Shown here: piece by piece, positions 12,231 to 21,389 of the stretch
Position numbering within the stretch: position 1 is the first letter of the stretch
How the letters are laid out: each line of letters begins with the position of its first letter
Assembly (NCBI GenBank): GCA_008636045.1
Contig: SNRW01000061.1
Span: forward strand, 1-33,187
Direction of reading: 5' to 3'
Origin: Streblomastix strix
Taxonomy: Eukaryota
DNA length: 33,187 nt
Translations under genes and position numbers: made by a program
Notes under the pieces: model-generated
The model's database searches: none
The model's input: only the letters and a program-made list of their open reading frames with translations
Told to the model about the DNA's origin: nothing

Positions 12231-12498
12231 ATATTCTTCGTAATTGGCAGGCATAATTGGAATAGGTTATGAATGACTTTTGACTGGACCGTGTGGATTG
12301 GGTGGATTGAGTCAAATGGGTTCTATGAAAAATGCCAGTCGATCCGCCAAATAGTCGAAATCATTATATTCTTCGTAATTGGCATGCATAAATGGAATAG
12401 GTTATGAATGACTTTTGACTGGACCGAGTGGATTGGGTGGATTGAGTCAAATGGGTTCTATGAAAAATGCCAGTCGATCCGCCAAATAGTCGAAACGT
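12231..12498 (+). repeat. Tandem duplication of a 130-bp non-coding unit (period 135, 3 mismatches)
   Basis: 12231-12360 vs 12366-12495: atattcttcgtaattggca...gccaaatagtcgaaa. Confidence 0.92.
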
Positions 12499-12515
12499 GA
12501 AAAAATAAATGATGT

Positions 12516-12860
12516 TCAAAGGTTGATTTGTTCGTTGATTTGTTCGTTGTTGTCTTCATTAGCATCTTCGTTTTTATCTTTATTATTGTCATATTTTTTA
12601 ATCAACTCATTTATTGTTATCAAATCATTAATATTCACGATTATTTTTTTAAGTTTTTTAATTGTTAATAATTACATATCATTAACTTTTGAAGCATAAT
12701 TTGTTTAATTTTATTTATATCTAATTCTTGCATTTTTGCGTTATTCTCTAGCTGCAATCGTTGCCTATTCTTTATCATTATATTTCTTTGGACGTCCTTA
12801 TTTCGCTGAGGCTGTTGATTCCGTTTATGTTGATTCATTAACAGCTTTATTATCTGCCAT
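12516..12860 (-). CDS. AT-hook-like (GRP) small basic protein B, 114 aa, intact in code 6
   Basis: MADNKAVNESTQTESTASAKQGRPKKYNDKEQATIAAREQRKNARIRYKQNQ...NEQINEQINL*. No internal TGA; syntenic paralog in element A. Confidence 0.75.
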
Positions 12861-12913
12861 TTTAATTTAAATAAAAAAAATGAAAATTATATAAATATAT
12901 TTTTATTTTTATT

Positions 12914-14332
12914 TCATCTAAATAAAAACTCTGTTGCATAATATTCGGGTATCGATTCTTTATATTTACTTAGATATTTACAATAATATGAAGGTATTAT
13001 TATTATATTTATTTTATAAGAATGATTCAATAATCTGCATAAAACATTACCATTCACATATCGAATAAACTCTGCTAATTAGTTAAAATTTTTTCTTTAT
13101 TTCATAAATTTTTATTATGTTTTTTAAAAATCAAGATGTATTAAAATTATATTTCCAGCCTTAAAAGATAATATGCCCTGCTATCGTTGTCTTGCTAATT
13201 ATCGCTCTAATTTCTTCATTTATGAACGTATATATTATCCTTCTAAATCTCTTGACAATTGAACCTAATATGGACTACATTTATTATGAAACGCAAGATG
13301 TGGTGTATTATTGTATATACCAACGACTATTTGCATTTAGTGATTCGTTGAAAATTAATTAAATTTATAACCAAACGCATTCCTTATTGTTCGAATTACT
13401 GAATCGACTACTCGATTATAATTAGTGAATTTTGAATCAGTGAAATAACCATTAATTTTATTTCTTGAACAAAATAAAGCAAAATAAGAACCATTAAATC
13501 CTTTTTCATCTTCGCCACGAATATTATTAACGTAATAATCTTTAATTAATTTTTGCAATTATCCAACTACTTATGCGGCTGATTTATCAATCAATGGATA
13601 TACCACTAAATATTTTGTATTTATGTTTAAGCAAAATAGATACAAATTTGCTTTTCTTCGGTGCTCTTCAGTATGTTCTCTTATTTCGTCTTGTTCGAAG
13701 ATAGCATCATAATATTCCTCATTATTTTCCTGCAAGTCTTAATCGACAGAAAAGACTATATCTATTTCCCAACTGCCCAACTTAGGAGAGAAATATGGTC
13801 GTTGTAGTCTTTATAATGGTTTTAATTTATAATCTTTCATTGGCAAATATTGATTATTAGCATATTTATGATTAATAATTTTTCCAAACAATTTTAATTT
13901 TGTTTTGAAAGGATAATAGGACATTTTTTCCACATCATCACCTTAAACGGGTGCGGATTATTGGCTGGATTACTGGCTGGATATCTAAACCTTTTATTAT
14001 GCATCTTTTTCCATTTATTTATTTTTCTGTTTATTTTTTTATTTTGATGGTTCATATTACGATTAATCTGAAATATAATAATAATACCAATCTGCAACTG
14101 TTCGCTATCCAATAATTATTTCATCAGCTATTTCTACCATAACATCAATATGTTTCTTCTTTACAACTTTAAAGATATTTTTTATGAATTCTGATAGAGT
14201 CATTTTATAATGAACTTTATATGCTTTATCATCGATGTCTTATTATATTTCAAATTCATATTCTTCTCTTTAATACTATTCACGAGCGAAGGTCTTAAGT
14301 ATCTCCTCATACAAATTATTTTCGTTTTACAT
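12914..14332 (-). CDS. int: Retroviral-like integrase B, 472 aa, uninterrupted in code 6
   Basis: Open from ATG to TGA: RPYFSPKLGSWEIDIVF, YLFCLNINTKYLVVYPL, NNIRGEDEKGF, NRVVDSVIRTIRNAF, YNNTPH. The supplied ORF 13355..13558 is an internal fragment. Confidence 0.9.
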
Positions 14333-14393
14333 TTTATTTCATGCAAAAATAAAACAATTAAAGGCATTAATGGAGATGTTAATGATTCAAATA

Positions 14394-14506
14394 ACGTTTC
14401 GACTATCTGGCAGAATGGCAGGCTGGCAGCAGTTTTTGATGAAAGTTTTTGACTCGGAACACTCGGAACACTTGGAACATCTAAAAGTCATTCATTACCT
14501 ATTCCA
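14394..14506 (-). repeat. Diverged inverted copy of the 12231..12498 repeat unit
   Basis: Minus strand ggaataggtaatgaatgactttt...gagtcaaa...gccagatagtcgaaacgt vs plus strand ggaataggttatgaatgactttt...gagtcaaa...gccaaatagtcgaaacgt. Confidence 0.8.
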
Positions 14507-14531
14507 AATTCTCGTGCGAAAATAATGCTTT

Positions 14532-16805
14532 TCATTAGTTTTCATCACTGGCAATTATATAATTATCCGAACTCAATTATTATCCGTTAATGTAAAGCAA
14601 TGGAGCACTGCATTAATTTTCAAGCACAACCATTTTATTATGAATCGATGATAAACCAACTTTATTTATTTATATTTTTGACATTTATTTATTTCTTTAA
14701 CCGAGAATAATATTTTGAGCTTAAATTTTTTCGCCATTTAATGATTTTTTGAATGCTTCATCGTTTAAATGAACATTTTATTTTTATATTATTCCTTTCA
14801 AACAATAATTGTAATCCTTTTCATTTTCATTAGGTAGAGGATTATAAATGTAACGAATTTTTGGAGCTAAAGCGATGCAAGCCGTTCCTTCTGTTTCATA
14901 ACTGACTCCCAATAATTGTTTATATTGACCAAAGAATAAAGCGTAATTTTCATCATAAAATTTTTAGTCCTTGATTACATATTTAAATTTCTGTCTGAAT
15001 CCTTCATCTGCATCAGGGTTGCCACTGATGGCCCATGTCATCGAATCGGTATCACCACAAATATAGTGCATCCTGTTCATATCGAATGCTTTATACATAA
15101 AATTATAGATAAATTTTATATACTAGTATTTGCTATTATCAAGAACGAAATACGCAGAATGTAGGCAGGTGTTGCAGTTGCAGCTCTCAGCATTAAATTA
15201 TACAGCATATAAATCATCTGTTATTTGTTAGTCATTAATGAATGAACCTTAGAGATGAGACATCCATGTCCTATCAGAGCTCAACAATTTCGTTTGCGAA
15301 TATTTTTCTTAATTCATTCCATCAATTCCATAGCTTGAGTTCATAGCTTATTTATAGAATTATTTTTTTCCATCATTTTTTTCATTTATTGCCTATATCC
15401 GTTGATTCATAAATTCCTTAACAAATGGATTGAATCTGTCATGCTTCGAGAATGTTATAAGACATTAAATATCGTCAATAATGAAATGAAAATCATCATT
15501 GAGAAGCCATAAATAATAGTTATTGAACGACATGAACTACCCTTGAGTTGATGATAAATTTGTTAATTTTCATTCAATTTTATCGTGCTACATATTATTT
15601 TTCAGCAGCAGATTATACATGTATGACCCTAACGTTTTTTAATCAGTCTTAATATTTATGTTTCTTAATATAAGAAGAAAATTAATGAAATCGTTTATAT
15701 GTTTTTCGTCGATGTGTCCTTTAACAACTGCAATAAATAGCGGCATTCCTTCAACGTCATTAAATCGCAATGGAATATAAATTTAATTTCTAGCTGTTTA
15801 TTTATCAGTAATTTTATCTAATATTTGCCCCGCCATGAACATACGGCCGCCTGTGTATTTGATGAACTTACGCGGCTCCGAGCTCATAACGCTGGGATAT
15901 TAGCAGTTGAAATCTAGCGTCAAAAGATGGGTCATTATGTGGTCCGTATCTTAGCTGATGACTTTTCCATTAACAAATTTTAATTAATTTATTTTAGTTT
16001 CACCTGCTACATTATAGCGATGCATGACTTGCGATAATCCACCTGTGATACCAGAACGTAAAATTTAATAAACTTCTTCATCGGCTAAAGACATTGGTAA
16101 ATTTTTACAATAATAGAAATTTTTTAATTTTATTATTAATCTTGTTAAATTTTCATCTATATTTGATTTAAATTTATTACAGAATAAGCAGCATGGTTTT
16201 ACGTTATCCGCAGAATGGACCCTGTCGTTGTTGATTCTATCCAATGTTGGTGGATTCTTGCTTGTGAATCGTGCCTTGCATTTGTAGTATTCTGTCGATA
16301 AGAATAATTTTCTGTAGAACGCACAATCTGATTCGTTGATGTTGTTGCTTGTATCTCAATTTCTTCTCTTATCTTATTCCAGATAATTTTAAACTTTAAT
16401 ATTCCAATAATTTTATGTCAAAAATAAACGGGGCATAATCATCTTTTGGCGTGTAATCTTAATCCAGTTTGAAGTCCCAATAAGCAAGAGCATATTTAAT
16501 TGCATTAGCGCATGCTGACATCGACATAAACTACAGCATATAAATTTTATAATTAAAGAACATATCAATTAAATAATCAAGCGGCTTAATCATTAAGCGA
16601 GTATCTTAGAGGCTGTAGTGTCGGAGGTAGTCCCACCTGTTCGAAAATTATTAAGCTATAGATAAATAATTTAAATATTTCTCTTGACTTATATTTTTAT
16701 TTTTAATTGTGTTATTAAATGCTTCTTAGGGAAATAGTTAAGGACTATTTAATATTTCATTATAATTGTCGAAGTTGATGAATTCATATGGAAACTTTAA
16801 TTTGG
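14532..16805 (-). pseudogene. polB: Protein-primed family B DNA polymerase (pPolB-B), C-terminal ~755 codons, 5'-truncated at the fold
   Basis: ExoIII HYSLQD, insert TLDRINNDRVHSADNVKPCCLFCN, motif A LDFNCQYPSVM, motif B KQAMNSSYG, motif C YICGDTDSMTW (15042-15056), ALAPK. TGA at 16356-16358 and 15570-15572. One frameshift near 16420. Confidence 0.92.
16383..16805. other. Unique 423-bp spacer (loop) of the palindrome; on the minus strand it is coding sequence of pPolB-B
   Basis: Minus strand reads AKLKFPYEFINFDNYNEILNSPQLFPQEAFNNTIKNKNISQEKYLNYLSIAQQFSNRWDYLRHYSLQDTRLMIKPLDYLID, homologous to KGRFPHEFLNNNNY...FANRWDYLMHYNKLDTGILIEPIDYLID of pPolB-A. Confidence 0.92.
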
Positions 16806-18656
16806 CTGGAATAAGATAAGAGAAGAAATTGAGATACAAGCAACAACATCAACGAATCAGATTGTGCGTTCTACAGAAAATTATTCTTATCGACAGAATA
16901 CTACAAATGCAAGGCACGATTCACAAGCAAGAATCCACCAACATTGGATAGAATCAACAACGACAGGGTCCATTCTGCGGATAACGTAAAACCATGCTGC
17001 TTATTCTGTAATAAATTTAAATCAAATATAGATGAAAATTTAACAAGATTAATAATAAAATTAAAAAATTTCTATTATTGTAAAAATTTACCAATGTCTT
17101 TAGCCGATGAAGAAGTTTATTAAATTTTACGTTCTGGTATCACAGGTGGATTATCGCAAGTCATGCATCGCTATAATGTAGCAGGTGAAACTAAAATAAA
17201 TTAATTAAAATTTGTTAATGGAAAAGTCATCAGCTAAGATACGGACCACATAATGACCCATCTTTTGACGCTAGATTTCAACTGCTAATATCCCAGCGTT
17301 ATGAGCTCGGAGCCGCGTAAGTTCATCAAATACACAGGCGGCCGTATGTTCATGGCGGGGCAAATATTAGATAAAATTACTGATAAATAAACAGCTAGAA
17401 ATTAAATTTATATTCCATTGCGATTTAATGACGTTGAAGGAATGCCGCTATTTATTGCAGTTGTTAAAGGACACATCGACGAAAAACATATAAACGATTT
17501 CATTAATTTTCTTCTTATATTAAGAAACATAAATATTAAGACTGATTAAAAAACGTTAGGGTCATACATGTATAATCTGCTGCTGAAAAATAATATGTAG
17601 CACGATAAAATTGAATGAAAATTAACAAATTTATCATCAACTCAAGGGTAGTTCATGTCGTTCAATAACTATTATTTATGGCTTCTCAATGATGATTTTC
17701 ATTTCATTATTGACGATATTTAATGTCTTATAACATTCTCGAAGCATGACAGATTCAATCCATTTGTTAAGGAATTTATGAATCAACGGATATAGGCAAT
17801 AAATGAAAAAAATGATGGAAAAAAATAATTCTATAAATAAGCTATGAACTCAAGCTATGGAATTGATGGAATGAATTAAGAAAAATATTCGCAAACGAAA
17901 TTGTTGAGCTCTGATAGGACATGGATGTCTCATCTCTAAGGTTCATTCATTAATGACTAACAAATAACAGATGATTTATATGCTGTATAATTTAATGCTG
18001 AGAGCTGCAACTGCAACACCTGCCTACATTCTGCGTATTTCGTTCTTGATAATAGCAAATACTAGTATATAAAATTTATCTATAATTTTATGTATAAAGC
18101 ATTCGATATGAACAGGATGCACTATATTTGTGGTGATACCGATTCGATGACATGGGCCATCAGTGGCAACCCTGATGCAGATGAAGGATTCAGACAGAAA
18201 TTTAAATATGTAATCAAGGACTAAAAATTTTATGATGAAAATTACGCTTTATTCTTTGGTCAATATAAACAATTATTGGGAGTCAGTTATGAAACAGAAG
18301 GAACGGCTTGCATCGCTTTAGCTCCAAAAATTCGTTACATTTATAATCCTCTACCTAATGAAAATGAAAAGGATTACAATTATTGTTTGAAAGGAATAAT
18401 ATAAAAATAAAATGTTCATTTAAACGATGAAGCATTCAAAAAATCATTAAATGGCGAAAAAATTTAAGCTCAAAATATTATTCTCGGTTAAAGAAATAAA
18501 TAAATGTCAAAAATATAAATAAATAAAGTTGGTTTATCATCGATTCATAATAAAATGGTTGTGCTTGAAAATTAATGCAGTGCTCCATTGCTTTACATTA
18601 ACGGATAATAATTGAGTTCGGATAATTATATAATTGCCAGTGATGAAAACTAATGA
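16806..18656 (+). pseudogene. polB: Mirror copy of pPolB-B (shorter; starts at the fold junction)
   Basis: One frame from LEQDKRRN* through GDTDS (18132-18146) to TGA 18654-18656; internal TGA at 16830 and 17616. Confidence 0.9.
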
Positions 18657-18681
18657 AAAGCATTATTTTCGCACGAGAATT

Positions 18682-18794
18682 TGGAATAGGTAATGAATGA
18701 CTTTTAGATGTTCCAAGTGTTCCGAGTGTTCCGAGTCAAAAACTTTCATCAAAAACTGCTGCCAGCCTGCCATTCTGCCAGATAGTCGAAACGT
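18682..18794 (+). repeat. Mirror of 14394..14506 motif
   Basis: Contains gttccaagt gttccgagt gttccgagt. Confidence 0.8.
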
Positions 18795-18855
18795 TATTTG
18801 AATCATTAACATCTCCATTAATGCCTTTAATTGTTTTATTTTTGCATGAAATAAA

Positions 18856-20274
18856 ATGTAAAACGAAAATAATTTGTATGAGGAGATACTTAAGACCTTC
18901 GCTCGTGAATAGTATTAAAGAGAAGAATATGAATTTGAAATATAATAAGACATCGATGATAAAGCATATAAAGTTCATTATAAAATGACTCTATCAGAAT
19001 TCATAAAAAATATCTTTAAAGTTGTAAAGAAGAAACATATTGATGTTATGGTAGAAATAGCTGATGAAATAATTATTGGATAGCGAACAGTTGCAGATTG
19101 GTATTATTATTATATTTCAGATTAATCGTAATATGAACCATCAAAATAAAAAAATAAACAGAAAAATAAATAAATGGAAAAAGATGCATAATAAAAGGTT
19201 TAGATATCCAGCCAGTAATCCAGCCAATAATCCGCACCCGTTTAAGGTGATGATGTGGAAAAAATGTCCTATTATCCTTTCAAAACAAAATTAAAATTGT
19301 TTGGAAAAATTATTAATCATAAATATGCTAATAATCAATATTTGCCAATGAAAGATTATAAATTAAAACCATTATAAAGACTACAACGACCATATTTCTC
19401 TCCTAAGTTGGGCAGTTGGGAAATAGATATAGTCTTTTCTGTCGATTAAGACTTGCAGGAAAATAATGAGGAATATTATGATGCTATCTTCGAACAAGAC
19501 GAAATAAGAGAACATACTGAAGAGCACCGAAGAAAAGCAAATTTGTATCTATTTTGCTTAAACATAAATACAAAATATTTAGTGGTATATCCATTGATTG
19601 ATAAATCAGCCGCATAAGTAGTTGGATAATTGCAAAAATTAATTAAAGATTATTACGTTAATAATATTCGTGGCGAAGATGAAAAAGGATTTAATGGTTC
19701 TTATTTTGCTTTATTTTGTTCAAGAAATAAAATTAATGGTTATTTCACTGATTCAAAATTCACTAATTATAATCGAGTAGTCGATTCAGTAATTCGAACA
19801 ATAAGGAATGCGTTTGGTTATAAATTTAATTAATTTTCAACGAATCACTAAATGCAAATAGTCGTTGGTATATACAATAATACACCACATCTTGCGTTTC
19901 ATAATAAATGTAGTCCATATTAGGTTCAATTGTCAAGAGATTTAGAAGGATAATATATACGTTCATAAATGAAGAAATTAGAGCGATAATTAGCAAGACA
20001 ACGATAGCAGGGCATATTATCTTTTAAGGCTGGAAATATAATTTTAATACATCTTGATTTTTAAAAAACATAATAAAAATTTATGAAATAAAGAAAAAAT
20101 TTTAACTAATTAGCAGAGTTTATTCGATATGTGAATGGTAATGTTTTATGCAGATTATTGAATCATTCTTATAAAATAAATATAATAATAATACCTTCAT
20201 ATTATTGTAAATATCTAAGTAAATATAAAGAATCGATACCCGAATATTATGCAACAGAGTTTTTATTTAGATGA
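18856..20274 (+). CDS. int: Mirror copy of integrase B (472 aa)
   Basis: ATG 18856, D 19426, E 19675, D 19783, TGA 20272-20274; no internal TGA. Confidence 0.9.
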
Positions 20275-20327
20275 AATAAAAATAAAAATATATTTATATA
20301 ATTTTCATTTTTTTTATTTAAATTAAA

Positions 20328-20672
20328 ATGGCAGATAATAAAGCTGTTAATGAATCAACATAAACGGAATCAACAGCCTCAGCGAAATAAGGACGTCCAA
20401 AGAAATATAATGATAAAGAATAGGCAACGATTGCAGCTAGAGAATAACGCAAAAATGCAAGAATTAGATATAAATAAAATTAAACAAATTATGCTTCAAA
20501 AGTTAATGATATGTAATTATTAACAATTAAAAAACTTAAAAAAATAATCGTGAATATTAATGATTTGATAACAATAAATGAGTTGATTAAAAAATATGAC
20601 AATAATAAAGATAAAAACGAAGATGCTAATGAAGACAACAACGAACAAATCAACGAACAAATCAACCTTTGA
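20328..20672 (+). CDS. Mirror copy of AT-hook-like protein B
   Basis: ATG 20328, GRPKKY, TGA 20670-20672. Confidence 0.75.
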
Positions 20673-20689
20673 ACATCATTTATTTTTTC

Positions 20690-20957
20690 ACGTTTCGACT
20701 ATTTGGCGGATCGACTGGCATTTTTCATAGAACCCATTTGACTCAATCCACCCAATCCACTCGGTCCAGTCAAAAGTCATTCATAACCTATTCCATTTAT
20801 GCATGCCAATTACGAAGAATATAATGATTTCGACTATTTGGCGGATCGACTGGCATTTTTCATAGAACCCATTTGACTCAATCCACCCAATCCACACGGT
20901 CCAGTCAAAAGTCATTCATAACCTATTCCAATTATGCCTGCCAATTACGAAGAATAT
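20690..20957 (-). repeat. Mirror of the 130-bp tandem duplication
   Basis: Reverse complement of 12231..12498. Confidence 0.9.
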
Positions 20958-21119
20958 TAAGGGATTCATCAACAATTTCATTTATAAATCCACATACAAA
21001 TATATTTTATTTTCAATTTTATAATGGTTTCACTAATCAATTCACCAATAATTTTAGGTTTCCGAATATAATAAAATTCATTTGTTCAAAATCATCAACC
21101 AAATCCATCAATCTTCCTA

Positions 21120-21389
21120 TGTAGTTATGAGAATATGGAGAGTGCCATGCGTTCAAAAATCATACATCATTAATCAATTCATTAATCAACTTCATTAATC
21201 AATTCAATTAATCAAATTCAATATTTTTCAATCAATAATTTTAATCAAGTGAATATTTTTATTTTACATTATTTATTTATTATTATTTATTTTCATTATT
21301 TATTATTATTATTTTATATTCATTATTTTATTTAACATTATTTATTTTATTTTTCTATGTGGGGCACTCTCCATATTCTCATAACTACT
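21120..21389. mobile_element. Mirror of the 270-bp inverted-repeat unit (ends ACTACT)
   Basis: Reverse complement of 11799..12068. Confidence 0.75.

Larger units (their letters stand above)
1..16382 (+). repeat. Left arm of window-spanning inverted repeat (reverse complement of 16806..33187)
   Basis: Window begins aattatcgggataaaattagagctctcc and ends with its reverse complement. Every supplied ORF has an identical mirror at 33188-x. Complementarity stops at 16382/16806 (...cttattccag | ctggaataag...). Spot-checked, not verified base by base. Confidence 0.97.
11799..16805 (-). mobile_element. Polinton/Maverick-like element B (partial, cut at the palindrome fold)
   Basis: pPolB, integrase, AT-hook gene in the same order as element A but divergent in sequence and opposite in orientation. 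Boundary at 11799 is inferred. Confidence 0.75.

Noticed and set aside
12231..12498. CRISPR-like array
   Set aside because: Only two long near-identical units with no unique spacers, no cas genes, and a eukaryotic context.
978..14452. Most supplied ORFs (e.g. 978..1217-, 1534..1782-, 4004..4189-, 4316..4510-, 5586..5786+, 9094..9327-, 9376..9615-, 9862..10086-, 12064..12315-, 13894..14112-, 14210..14452+) and their mirrors
   Set aside because: Computed with TAA/TAG as stops. They are antisense shadows, off-frame readings or repeat-overlapping noise. Only 2879..3121, 4659..~4800, 9197..9379 and 13355..13558 are true in-frame fragments of larger genes.
1..16382. Arms as giant terminal inverted repeats of a single 33-kb Polinton
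   Set aside because: The arms contain all the genes, leave only 423 bp unique, and the window ends lack AG...CT termini.
16391..16801. Direct repeat aaactttaat near both ends of the loop (16391-16400, 16792-16801)
   Set aside because: A 10-bp AT-rich match in direct orientation cannot prime a fold-back; probably chance.
16383..16805. Protelomerase-type or viral hairpin telomere at the palindrome centre
   Set aside because: The loop is 423 bp of ordinary polymerase coding sequence, with no telomere-resolution palindrome and no resolvase gene seen.
495..17618. TGA recoded as a sense codon (all three stops reassigned)
   Set aside because: Internal TGAs align to different residues (Arg, Cys, probably Trp/Gly), co-occur with frameshifts and catalytic substitutions, and the two intact genes have none. 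Decay is the simpler explanation.
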